Shown: in pieces, positions 46,746-60,100 of the stretch
How the letters are laid out: every line of letters begins with the position of its first letter
Numbering within the stretch: position 1 is the stretch's first letter
Source: Heptranchias perlo
Taxonomy: Eukaryota
Assembly (NCBI RefSeq): GCF_035084215.1
Contig: NC_090362.1
Coordinates: 5,828,001 to 5,892,000 of the forward strand
Reading direction: 5' to 3'
DNA: 64,000 nucleotides
The notes under the pieces: model-generated
Told to the model about the DNA's origin: nothing
What the model saw: the letters and a program-made list of their open reading frames with translations, nothing else
Databases searched by the model: none
Made by a program: the position numbers and the translations under genes

Positions 46746-47874
46746 CTTTCCCAATGTATACAGGCCATACCCAAGAAGATCGACCTTTCATATTCATAGG
46801 GTACCTTTTACATCCATAGGATATCCTGAAGTGCTGCACAGGTAGTGAATTACTTTTTGAGGTGTAGGTAAATACGGCAGCCAATTTTCACACAGCAAGA
46901 TCTCACAAACAGCAAATGAGGTAAATGACCAGTTAATCTGTTTTGGTGGTGATTAAGGATGAATGTTGGTCAGGACAATTCTCTGCTCTTTTTCAAATTG
47001 TGACATGGGATCTTCTACATCCCCCTGGTTTAATCTCTCCACCAAATGACGTATCTCCAACAGTGCAGCATTCCCTCACTACTGTACTGAAATGTCAGCC
47101 TACATTATAGGCTCAAATTCTGGAGTGGGGCTTCCAAGTAAGATGACTGTTAACAACTGAGTCAAACTGACACAATGTAGAATGACTGTGGGCCACAATT
47201 TTTGTGTTCCTTAGATTTCAGGACAACCTCAATTACAGAGGCAGCCAAGAAGTTAGAGGATGTGTAGGTGAGAAGCTCATGGCTCATCATGATCTTCCTG
47301 GATAACTCTCAGGAACTGCAAAGGAAAGAGTTCAATTCAATGATATGAAGAAAGTTATGAAAAGGAAAGGTGAAATTTGACTGCATTACTAGAATATATC
47401 AATTTGGGACAACTGGTGTTAATTGAAGAGATTTGATCAAATTTACCCATGAGTGTGAAAATGCTCGGGGTCTCAGTAAATGTGATGATTTCAGTGTACA
47501 GCTGTATAGTCTGGACTAGGTTGGTTGTACCCCTACTGATCGGATACCTCTGCTGGTGGGCGGTTGTTTATAATTCTTATCACTAGTGCTAATTTTACTA
47601 TTTAGTGCACCCCAGACACAGCTTCACACATGGAAGCGCATTTCAGGAATTTGGCAGTGAGCACACCCAATTGGCAGCTCTATCGCTTATGTTGCTGTAC
47701 AGATCTTGCTGTCTCCGATGGTGGTTTCAGTGGCCTATGCCCCATGCTCTGGAATCCCCTCCTTAAACCTCTCTGCCTCTCCACCTCCCTCTCCTCCGTT
47801 AAGACTCTCTTTAAAACCCATTTCTTCGGCCAAACTTTTGGTCACCCCTCCTAATATCCTTAGTTAGCTTGAAC

Positions 47875-48395
47875 ATAATAGGAGCAGGAGTAGGCCAATC
47901 GGCCCCTCGAGCCTGCTCCGCCATTCAATAAGATCATGGCTGATCTGATCCTAACCTCAAATCTAAATTCATGTCCAATTTCCTGCCCGCTCCCCGTAAC
48001 CCCTAATTCCCTTCTAGGAAACTGTCTATTTCTGTTTTAAATTTATTTAATGATGTAGCTTCCACAGCTTCCTGGGGCAGCAAATTCCACAGACCTACTA
48101 CCCTCTGAGTGAAGAAGTTTCTCCTCATCTCAGTTTTGAAAGAGCAGCCCCTTATTCTAAGATTATGCCCCCTAGTTCTAGTTTCACCCATCCTTGGGAA
48201 CATCCTTACTGCATCCACCCGATCAAGCCCCTTCACAATCTTATATGTTTCAATAAGATCGCCTCTCATTCTTCTGAACTCCAATGAGTAGAGTCCCAAT
48301 CTACTCAACCTCTCCTCATATATCCACCCCCTCATCCCCAGGATTAACCGAGTGAACCTTCTTTGTACTGCCTCAAGAGCAAGCATGTCTTTATA
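47875..48395 (-). mobile_element. CR1 LINE 3' fragment, young
   Basis: ORF 48003..48398 ALEAVQRRFTRLI...[11 protein letters not shown]. Confidence 0.92.
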
Positions 48396-48649
48396 CATAC
48401 TTTGTGAAGCACCTTGGGTTGTTTTAGTACGTTAAATGTTAAGTTGTTGTATTTACTTAAGCTCATCACAGGCAACATCCCCAGGCCCCCATTCAGCTTG
48501 TAGCAGCCCAGAGTGGTCTCTTAATGTTACAGTGACCATACTGACTGTCAGAGGGGACGGATGTATACGCACAGAAGGCAACTTTGAAAAGCCGGTTCAA
48601 ATAATTCCGCATTTTAGACAAATTGATGTTTAGATTACTGGTAAAATGG

Positions 48650-49153
48650 ACATGCTGGGAATAGTTCAGTTTTTGTACCAGTTCCTCTTTTTTTTAGGAA
48701 GCTTGAAGCAGAGGAACAAATGAAAAAGAGGAAGTCTGCTGAATGTGATCAACAGATATCTAACTCGAGGTTTATTAGTTGCAGTTCCCCCACCCAAAGA
48801 AAGGTCCCACCAGCCTAGAAATTACTGTTGAGTGATTGGTAATGCCTTCTCGTGACGTTCTGCTGTCCTCAATTCCACACCAAGGCTCCACTGACTGCTT
48901 CCACTTTTCTGTAACCCACATTACCTCTCACATAGTGACCACCCCTCCCCACATCCCGGCAGAGCGAATCCCAACTAACTTTAAAGCAAAACAATACCTG
49001 AAAACTGTCACTGCAGATCGCACAATAAAAACGGGGCAATCATTAATCAGCAGGAATTCCCAAGACAGAGTCCATTTGTACATTCGGCTGAATCTCACAC
49101 CCACTTCTACACCCAACGAGCTGTAAATAGCCGAGCCTTTTACACTTGCTTCA
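48650..49153 (+). repeat. Direct repeat of 63493..63830
   Basis: Shared unique-looking sequence (gaggaacaaatgaaaaagaggaagtctgc...ttttacacttgcttcact); the right copy lacks ~170 bp. Confidence 0.85.
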
Positions 49154-51172
49154 CTGCCCAGTCATTAGAATTTCACAATCATCACACACTTCCTGCCACT
49201 ATGTATAGAGGAGGTTTAGCACTGAGTTAATTTGGATTCACTTCACTCCAGTGTGTGGTGTTCATATTGCAAATAATACACATTGTTTCAGAGTTAGGTG
49301 CTGAATCAAAGGTCTGGAAACTGGGGCAAATGGCAGTGTTATGAGGGTAAATTCACTGACCCTAACCCCCACCTCTGTCCCCGGCAGTGGCCACAGCACC
49401 AACCCCCAATCCCTGACCCCGACCCCCGCCCCCTGTTTGAGCATAGCTGCCCACAAGGAGCAAGGGTTTGGAGAATCTATCACAAAAGTCCTTTTATCTT
49501 ACTTATTGATGCCATGCATTGTTCAACATTTCCAACATTAAAATATAAACTTCTAATTTCAATGTAGTCGCACTGTTTTCTGCTTTTAAAAACACTGTTT
49601 AGAGACAGGCTGGAGGCAGACAATTAGTGACCAACTTTCCCGTCCACCATCCTGAATTTCCACCTCAATGTTCTCATAAATAGGGCCACCTACCCCTCTC
49701 CCCCTCCTCCCAGCGACCTCTCTCACTCTCCCCACTCCCCCTCACTCCCCTCCCCTCCCCATCTCACCTCTCCCCCTTCCCATCTCACCCGTTTTACCCT
49801 TCTCCACCTCCCGCTTCCCTCCCTCCTCACCACCTACTCCCCCTCTCCTCCTCCTCAATCCTCCCTCTCTCCCTCCTCACTCCGCTCCTCCTCCCCCCAC
49901 TCCCACTCCCCCCCCCCCCACACAATGGTGTCAAAACAGAGGAAATACATTATGCCACATAAGGGAAAGCTTTGGACAAAATAATTGCCTTTAACCAGCA
50001 GATCACCATGGTAACAGGAAGCACTCGGTAAGGGAGGGGCTATGAGAGAATCAGGACAATTCACTTCCCCTTTTGAAAGCATCTGTATTTGGTTTAAATT
50101 TCATCAGGTTTTCACCCCCAGTTTTCTTCTCCCTCCCTCTCCTCTTGAAGACTCTAATTCCCACTGGGAACTCGAGCCAAATGACAATTCTTCATGTGTG
50201 AGTGTCGGCTGTGACTCTTTGCCCGCTGTCTGATCTTGAGACCATCACAACTGGGGGCCTGATCTTGTTCTCATCCAATAGCCACACATGTGTTACAGGA
50301 TCCCTAGGGCACCAATCAGTGCTGGGATCCCTGGCCGAACTTTTTCTTCCCCAATCCTGGGGTACTGAGGCTGATTGTAGAGTCCCCGCTGAGATCCGTT
50401 CATTCATCGAATTAGTTTGGCATAAAATTCCTGCTCGACAAATAACACTGCTCATCATTTGTTATATTTTTCAAACATTGTTTATTGAATGACTTCTAAT
50501 CGCAATAAAGCTGCATTTTGCTTATCACACACCAGCAATGCGTTGTTCTATCTGAACAGAGTCCAAGGGGGTGAAATTGGTCTTCGCCAGTAGCGCAAAA
50601 CTCATATTGAATCGACCGCCTGTTTCACACCGCGCCACAGTTACCTTTCCGTCAAAATTAAAACTGACGAAGACTGATTTCAGTCCCGAGCGTTGAGCTG
50701 TTACATTCTTCAACTGCTGGTTCCCATCTCCCACATCCTGAGTCGGTGAGAGTGGAAACTCTCATTGAGTCTGTCGCCGTGTTTGTGTCGATCGCCACAA
50801 AACTTCCGACCAAAAGCCAAAGAGCTGCTGCCGGAAGTTTAATATCGTTTGCAGAACACTTTGAGAAGATTTATCCGCACACAATCCTGTGCTTCAAGGG
50901 GCTTCAATGTTACAATCTGTGGAAACACATTTGCGTTTGAGGGGGTCGTTTGCACATGCGACGTCCATGGTCCGTGTGGTCTCTGCCTAGATATTAAGAG
51001 AGGAGATCACGTTTGATGGGTTTCACTTGCAGTCGGGGAGAAATAATGAAAGGGAGAAATAATAAAGCTCCTGGACCTTAATCTCGTTACATGAGATTAA
51101 GGTCCAGGAGCTTTATAACAGGCACAGTATTGGCTGAGAGGATTATACTGAAAGATTGCAACTACTTACATT

Positions 51173-54100
51173 TCACTCCCTGGATTTCAGTTTCGCCTCC
51201 ATCACTAGGAAAACAGAAAATTAAACATGTGAGGAATGAGAAACATAAGATTCAATCGATATTAAACAGCTGTAAATGGGGATTTGTTTTTTTTTACCCC
51301 AGGTCATGGATTTGAATCCATCTCTCTCTCTCCGCTCTTCACTCTCACTCTATCCCCCTCTCCCTCTCCCCTTCTCGCTCTCTCCGGGCTCAAGTGGGCT
51401 GAAATGCAAAGGGGTAGAATTTATGTTCCAGTTGTGTAAAGTTTTGGTCAGACCGCATCTCAAGTACTGCATCAGTTCTGGGCACCGCACCTCAGGAAGG
51501 AGATATTGGCCTTGGAGGGGGTGCAACGCAGATTCACCAGAATGATACAGGGACTAAAAGGGTTAATTTATGAGGACAGGTTGCATAGACTAGGTTTGAG
51601 TAAAGAAGATCTAATTGAGGTGTTTAAGATGATTAAAGGAATTGATAATGTAGATAGAGAGAAACTATTTCCTCTGTTGGGAGAGTCCAGAACAAGGGGG
51701 CATAATCTTGAAATTAGAGCTGGGCTGTTCAGGGGTGAGGTCAGGAGGCACTTCTTCACACAAAGGGTAGTGGAAATCTGGAACTCTCTTCCCCAAAAAG
51801 CTGTTGAGACTGGAGGTCAATTGAACATTTCAAAATTGAGATTGATTTTTGTTAGGTAAGTATACTAAGGGTTATGGAACCAAGAAGGATAGATGGAGTT
51901 AAGATACAGATCAGCCATGATCTAATTGAATGGCAGAACAGGCTCGAGGGGCTGAAAGGCCTCCTCCTGTTCCCATGTCTCTATGTTCACAATACATGTG
52001 ATAAAATTAGAACTATGAATTTAAAAATCATTGTAATGAGTCTGTACTTAAATACAATTTTGTAGATTTAGATCAAACATTCTTGTTTACCTTTAGCAGA
52101 TTGTCTTTTCCTTCTGATTATGCAAATTGATACCCCATCAATGCAAATTATCACAAACAGGTACAGAACCAAAACATACATGCGTCTATCAGTGCATCTG
52201 GTGTAAGGATCTGCAGAGGAGAAGCAACATTAAGTTCAGTCTGTGCAATCCCGTGTTATGTGGGACAGCTGATTACACTGGTTACCTGGGATGAGGAACA
52301 TACTTTTCCGGTTGGAATCTGGAATAGCACAATAACGAAGGAAGGAAATGGAACCGACTTATAATGGGTGCAAACTGGATTCTCTCAGCTTGAATTATTT
52401 ATATTAAATGATCACATTATATTTTAGATTGTATCACTTACTTTCAGTATTTGCAGGGGTTATGCTGCTGTTCACTGAGGATATTCCAGATGTTGAGGTG
52501 GAGGTGTCTGAAGATTCTGCACTCGGCCCTGTCACAGCAAGGGAGACGTTTGCTGCAATCTTCCAGACAGGTTTCCCTGAATCCTGAACATTTACAGCAC
52601 AGAGATACCTCCCTGTGTCTACCCTGTGAGCTGAGTGTATAGTAAGGTTGTGAGACTGGCTTCTATCAGTCGGATTGTGTGAGCTTTGGTTGGAAATTCG
52701 TTGTTCCGATTTTCTATCCACACAGCAGCGTGTGTTAGAATGTGAATTATAATCCTCAATGTGAACAGAATGCAGACACTTGCTGATGTTTCCAGATGTG
52801 ATCCAAAACAGAGTGAAGGGCAGGCTTTTTCTATTCTCAAACTGACAGGGTAAAGTCACACTCTCTCCTTCTGATACTGTCATCGACAAGGAGTTTTCTT
52901 CGGTGAGAAATATTTCATCTGAATCTATAAACAACATTGAAAAGAATATTTGTTATTAATTATTTAGATGGGCCGATCCCAAATGTTATCCAGCTGTTCG
53001 ATGTAAGTCTGATTCTGTCCGTAACCAGCTGCATTATCAGGAGTGTATAAAGCATGCGTGGCGGAAGGGCAGACCTGTTTTATTTTTAACCTTTGTTTGA
53101 TTTGCCCAGCGTTACATTATATTAGTTTCATTCCCCAGTTAGAGGCAAATAGTATAAGATTAGGAGACACTCGGAGACTGAGGCCAAGACAGCACGTATA
53201 ATGAAAGATCAAACCCACAAAGGGGCAGACACTGAAGGACAGAGACAAGGGGGAAAGACTTCGAACTCTTCTCTTTATCCGGATACGTAGTAATTTCATC
53301 CTTAATAAAGATTCTAAAGTTTTCCCAATGACAGCTATTTCCCCAAAACCTTCCCTATGATCTCCCATAATATCTCGCCTTACATCGTCTCCAATATCTC
53401 AGAAATATTTCCCCTAATATCTCCTCAATAACTCACCTGATAGTTCCCCCGATACCTGCTCCGATAATTCCCCCGATTCTTCCACCGATACCTCCCCCGA
53501 TACCTCCCTGATACCTCCCCCGATACCTCCCCGATAATTCCCTGATACCTCCCCCGATAATTCGCCCGATACTTCCCCTGATGCATCTCCTGATACCTCC
53601 CCTGATATCGCCCCGGGACACGTACCACTTTGGATTATCACAAAGAATAAGTTGTGGTTTTCACATCCATCTCCTGTCAGTGTGACCCAGGACAGACAAT
53701 CCGATGATCCATTTCCTGTGGAATCCTGAGCCGTGCAGGTAAATACCATAGAGTTTGATGTCTTCACATCGAATGTCAGTGACTGAGACTCCATTCGATC
53801 TTCATTTGTTTTATGTTTTTTACACTCTGGCTGATTTTGTTTTTTGCTCTTCTGAGGATTGTTGTTTCCACAAGATTCAATTTTCATCCCTTTTTTCTTA
53901 CATTTTGTTTTGCCCATTTCTGTTCCGAGATCACTGGTACTCCACCAGGTTACTTTATTCCCAGCACCAGTGGGTACGTTGCATTGCAGAGTGGTGAAAT
54001 CCCCTGGTCCTCGAGAGAAGAGATAAGTGGATCCTACAGGGAAAGGGCAGAATCAGATAGAGATAAATAACATTCCATACAGGAAAGGTCATTAAACACT

Positions 54101-57100
54101 CAGTGTGAAACAAAGCCTCTCACAGTAAATGAAGGAATGGTATTTTTTAAAACTGCACAATGGCTTGTAATAGGCCAGTTTATTGTTGTTCTTTCACAAA
54201 ATTCTTTGCCACAGTCTCTAAATTAGCAAATCCACTTGGTGTTACAAATTACTTTTGTGTCAAATTACATTTTCCAAATTGTTTCATTGACGCTTGTTGA
54301 CAACGTCTTCATTATTTTTTTAGATCTACTAGATCACCCTGCAGGAAGCGGATGATTACAGACATCAGTTAATGTCAGGATTAGATCGGGCTGTGATGCC
54401 CCCCATAGTGTGCCAGTGGTGGATTGGACATTGAGCCTGGTGACAGAGAGGGATCCAGGTGGGAGAGCCCCACCCTGGGAGAGCTCAGTGTTAGTTATGG
54501 CATTTCTGCAGGATATTGAAATCAAATATTAATATTGCAGTGATTTTTTTTGTGACACAAATGATATCACCTCACTATGTGCCTGTGAACAAAGAACAAT
54601 TTCACGAGGTCGGTCTTTATTTTGTGCGATGGTGTAAAACGGGTGATAACGAATCGTCAGCCCGTTTTACATCAATCCCCATTTTTATTTCCATTGACTT
54701 CAAATCTGTCCTGAAGCAGTGTATCAATGGAAGGCAGGGAATGGTGGGGTCCACAATAACACATCAGGGGGAATTCACTGACCCTGCCCCTCTCCCCCGA
54801 CAGTGAGCTCTGCTTAAAGGAGATGCAATTGATTTGGGCCCATTCCCTGACCCCTGCCCCATGTTTGAGCATGGCTGTCCACTGGTGAATTTACCAGTGA
54901 TGTCCTTTTATGTTACTCAATGGCCCCATGCATTGTTCAACATTTCCAACAGCAAAATATAAACTTCTAATTTCAATGTAGTCACACTGTTTTCTGCTTT
55001 TAAAAACACTGTTTAGAGACAGGCTGGGGGCAGACAATTAGTGACGAACTTTCCCTTACACCATCGTGAATTTCCACCTCAGCGTCCTCATTAATAGGGC
55101 CACCTGCCCCTCTCCCCCTCCCCCTTCTCCCCACAGCAACCTCTCTCACTCTCCCCATTCCCCCTCACTCCCCTTCCTCCCCCTCTCCCCTCCAGGTTAC
55201 CTGGGACGAAGAACAAACTTTACCGGTTAGAATCTGGAATAGCACAATAACGAAGGAAAGAAATGGAACCAACTTATAATGGGTACAAACTGGTTTCTCT
55301 CAGCTTGAATTATTTATATTAAATGAGTCACATATTTTAGATTGTATCACTTACTTTCAGTATTTGCAGGGGTTATGCTGCTTTTCACTGAGGATATTCC
55401 AGATGTTGAGGTGGAGGTGTCTGAAGATTCTGCACTCGGCCCTGTCACAGCAAGGGAGACGTTTGCTGCAATCTTCCAGACAGGTTTCCCTGAATCCTGA
55501 ACATGTACAACACAGAGATACCTCCCTATGTCTACCCTGTGAGCTGAGTGTATAGTAAGGTTGTGAGACTGGCTTCTATCAGTAGGATTGTGTGAGTTTT
55601 GGTTGGAAATTCGTTGTTCCGATTTTCTATCCACACAGCAGTGTGTGTTAGAATGTGAATTATAATCCTCAATGTGAACAGAATGCAGACACTTGCTGAT
55701 GTTTCCAGATGTGATCCAAAACAGAGTGAAGGGCAGGCTTTTTCTATTCTCAAACTGACAGGGTAAAGTCACACTCTCTCCTTCTGACACTGTCATCAAC
55801 ATAGAGTTTTCTTTGGTGGGAAATATTTCATCTGAATCTATAAACAACATTGAAAAAAATATTTGTTAATATAATAATCTCCCCTAATAATCTCCAGTGT
55901 GGTACTTTGTCAAAAGATTTTCTAAAGTCCATGTACAACACATCCACTACACTTCACCATGTCTGATAGCTCCTCAAAGCTTGGTTAAGCATGTTCCTCT
56001 TGAAATCCGTGCTGGCTACTCCCCAATACCTCCCCTGTTACCTCCCCTGATACCTTCCCCGATACCTCCCTGATACCTCTCCTGATAGCTCCCCTGTTAC
56101 CTCCCCTGTACCTCCCCTGATACCTTCCCTGTACCTCCCCTGATACCTTCCCCAATACCTCCCTGATACCTCTCCTGATAGCTCCCCTGTTACCTCCCTG
56201 ATACCTCCCGAATGCCTTCCCCAATACCTCCCCAATACCTCTAATGACACCACCCCGTTACCTCCCCGATACTTCCCCTGATACCTCCCCGATAACCCCT
56301 GCTACCTCCCTGATATCTCCCCCAGTTACCTTCCCCTGATACATCTCTTGATACCTCCCGATATCGCCCCGGGACACGTACCACTTTGGATTATCACAAA
56401 GAATAAGTTGTGGTTTTCACATCCATCTCCTGTCAGTGTGACCAAGGACAGACAATCCGATGATCCATTTCCTGTGAAATCCTGAGCCGTGCAGGTAAAT
56501 ACCATAGAGTTTGATGTCTTCACATCGAATGTCAGTGACTGAGACTCCATTCGATCTTCATTTGTTTTATGTTTTTTACACTCTGGCTGATTTTGTTTTT
56601 TGCTCTTCTGAGGATTGTTGTTTCCACAAGATTCAATTTTCATCCCTTTTTTCTTACATTTTGTTTTGCCCATTTCTGTTCCGAGATCACTGGTACTCCA
56701 CCAGGTTACTTTATTCCCAGCACCAGTGGGTACGTTGCATTGCAGAGTGGTGAAATCCCCTGGTCCTCGAGAGAAGAGATAAGTGGATCCTACAGGGAAA
56801 GGGCAGAATCAGATAGAGATAAATAACATTCCATACAGGAAAGGTCATTAAACACTCAGTGTGAAACAAAGCCTCTCACAGTAAATGAAGGAATGGTATT
56901 TTTTAAAACTGCACAATGGCTTGTAATAGGCCAGTTTATTGTTGTTCCTTTCACAAAATTCTTTGCCACAGTCTCTAAATTAGCAAATCCACTTGGTGTT
57001 ACAAATTACTTTTGTGTCAAATTACATTTTCCAAATTGTTTCATTGACGCTTGTTGACAACGTCTTCATTATTTTTTGAGATCTACTAGATCACCCTGCA

Positions 57101-60100
57101 GGAAGCGGATGATTACAGACATCAGTTAATGTCAGGATTAGATCGGGCTGTGATGCCCCCCATGGTCCAGCAGCCTGCTGATTCTGACTGTCGAGACTTG
57201 TATATGAAGAATGGCCACTCGCACGAGGTGCTGGAGGGCGGCTGGCACCCGGGGAACAGTAATCCGGCACCTGGGCCTGGAATCGTGCTGATCAGGAAAG
57301 AGTTCAACTTATTGGTCAGTCTCCTGTAACGTTGCACATGGAGACTCAAGACTGGTGCAATCTTTAGTTGGGGCGGGGTTAAAAGGAGGGTGATAATTGG
57401 ACCAGGGTGCACCGTCATAATGCAGTCCTTGGCGTGTAATTGGCAAATAAATTTCAATATAGATAAGTGTGAGGTGGTACATTTTGGTAGGAAGAATAAG
57501 GAGGGCCACAAACTCCTTGGATAGTAGGAGTCCAAATGTGGCAGAGGAGCAGAGGGATCTGAGGGTACAGATACACAAATCACTAAAAGTAGTGACACAG
57601 GTTAATAAGGTCATAAAAAAGCAAACCAAGCACTGGGATTCATTTCTAGAGGGATAGAATTGAAAAGCAGAGAAGTTATGTTCAAATTGCATACAACCTT
57701 GGTTCGGCCACACCTGAAATACTGTGAACAGTTCTGGTCTCCATATTATAAAAATGATATAGAGGCACTGGAGAAAGTGCAAAAAAGATTTACTAGGATG
57801 ATACCAGAACTGAGAGGTTATACCTATCAGGAAAGATTGAACAGGCTGGGGCTCTTTTCTCTCGAAAAGAGAAGGCTGAGGGATGACCTGATAGAGGTCT
57901 ATAAAATTATGAAAGGGTTTGATAGGGTAGACGTAGAGAAGATGTTTCCACTTGTGGGTGAGACCAGAGCTAGGGGCCATAAATATAAGATAGTCACTAA
58001 TAAATCCAACAGGCAATTCAGGAGAAGTTTCTTTACCCAGAAGTGGTTAGAATTTAGAACTTGCTACCACAAGGAGTAGTTGAGGTAACTAGGCATAAAT
58101 GCATTTAAGGGGAAGCTGGATAAACACGTGAGGGAGAAAGGAATAGAAGGATATGTTGATGGGGTTAGATGAAGTAGGGAGGGAGGGGGCTCATGTGGCA
58201 TATAAACACAGACATGGACCTGTTGGGCTGAATGGCCTGTATCTGTGCTGCACATTCTATATATAATATACCTTGATTTCATATTACTATTTTTAGTAGG
58301 AAACGGGGCAGCCAATTTACTCCCAGCAAGATCCCACAAACAGCAATGTGATAATGACCACTTAACCCGTTAGTTATGCTGGTTGAGGGATAAATATTGA
58401 CCAGGTCACCAGGGAGAATTCCTCTGCTCTTCTTCGAAAAAGTGTCAGGGGATCTTTTACATCCACCTGAGAGGGTTGACGGAGCCTCACTTTCACGTCT
58501 CATCTGAAAGACGGCACCTCAGACAGTGAAAGAGGCCATTCAGCACATCTTTCCTGTGCCAGCTCTTTAAAAGAACTATCCAATTAATCTCACTCCCCTG
58601 CTCTTTCCCCATAGCCCTGAAAATTATCCAAATCCCTTTTGAAAGACACAATCGAATCTGCTTCCACCGTTCTTTCAGGCAGTACAATCCAGATTATAAT
58701 AACTCGCTGCGTAAAGATTGCTCCTCGTGTCGCCTCTTGTTCTTTTGCCAATTATCTTAAATCTGTGTCCTCTGGTCACCGACCCTCCTGCCAGTGGAAA
58801 CAGTTTCTCCTTATTTATTCCATCAAAACCATGCAAAATATTGAACACCTCTATTAAATCCCCCTGAACTTTCTCTGCTGTAAGTGACCCTCCTCCTCCA
58901 TTACACAGAGTCTGGATAGAGATCCCCCATTACACAGAGTCTGGATAGAGATCCCCCATTACACAGAGTCTGGATCGCGATCCCCCATTGCACAGAGTCT
59001 GGATAGAGATCCCCCATTACACAGAGTCTGGATAGAGATCCCCCATGACACAGAGTCTGGATAGAGATCCCCCATTACACAGCCGGGGGAGGATCATACA
59101 AAGGATGGTTGTGGTTGTTGGAGGTATATAAACTGAGTTCCAGGATATCACTGCCGGGCTTCTTCAGGGCAGCATCCTAGGCCCAACTATCTTCAGCTGC
59201 TTCGTCAATAACCTTCCCTCCATCATAAAGTAAGAAATGGGACTGTTTGTTGATGCTTTCAGTGTTCAGCTCCATTCTCAATTCCTCAGATAATGAAGCA
59301 GTCTGTGCCCGCATACAGCAAGACCTGGACAACATCCAGGCTTGGGCTGAGAAGTGACAAGTAACATTCACAACACATAAGTGTCAGGCAATGACCATCT
59401 CCAACAAGAGAGAGTCTAACCACCTCCACTTGGCATTCAATAGCGATACCATCACTGAGTCCCCCACCATCAACATCCTGGGGGATCACCATTGACCTGA
59501 AACTCGATGGGACCAGCCACATAAATGCTGTGGCTATTACAGCAGATGAGAAGCTGGTATTTTGCAGCAAGTGGCTCACCTCCTCACTCACCAAAGCCTC
59601 TCCAGCACCTACAAGGCATAAGTCAGAAGTGTGATGGAATTTGCTCTACTTGCCTGGATGGGAGCAGCTGGAAAAAAATTAAAGAAGCTCGACACCATCC
59701 AGGCCAAAGCTGTCTGCAGACCCATGACCTCCGCCACCGAGATGGACAAGGGCAGCAGGTGCTTGGGAAACCATCACCTGCAAGTTTACCTTCAACTCAC
59801 ACAACGTCCCGACTTGGACATATATTGCTGTTCCTTCATTGTTGCTGGGTCAAAATCCTGGAATTCCCTACAGAACTGCATTGTGGGAGCACGTTCACCA
59901 CATGGACTGCAGAAGAAGGCCCACCAGCACCTTCTCGAGGGCAATTAGGGATGGGCAACAAATGCCGGAATTGCCAGTGACGTCCACATCCCAAAGAATG
60001 ATAAAAATAAATATGAAGCAATCATCTACTTATTGAAGGAAATTAATTTAAAGATGTGCCATTCAATACTGGTTCCTAAGCTTTGGTGTGATTGTATTAA

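Noticed and set aside
50890-51035. Further coding cytoplasmic exon of the Ig receptor
   Set aside because: Acceptors exist, but the phase-consistent model has already terminated and no Tyr motif appears in the frames I read; treated as a probable 3' UTR exon (AATAAA at 50481-50486 on the - strand).
53414-53628. GEVS/GRYR/IRGG repeat peptides
   Set aside because: Read-through of the V1 donor into an intronic minisatellite.
52442-56789. Rearranging Ig/TCR V segments
   Set aside because: The exons include the G strand and stalk and end at splice donors; I saw no heptamer-nonamer RSS.
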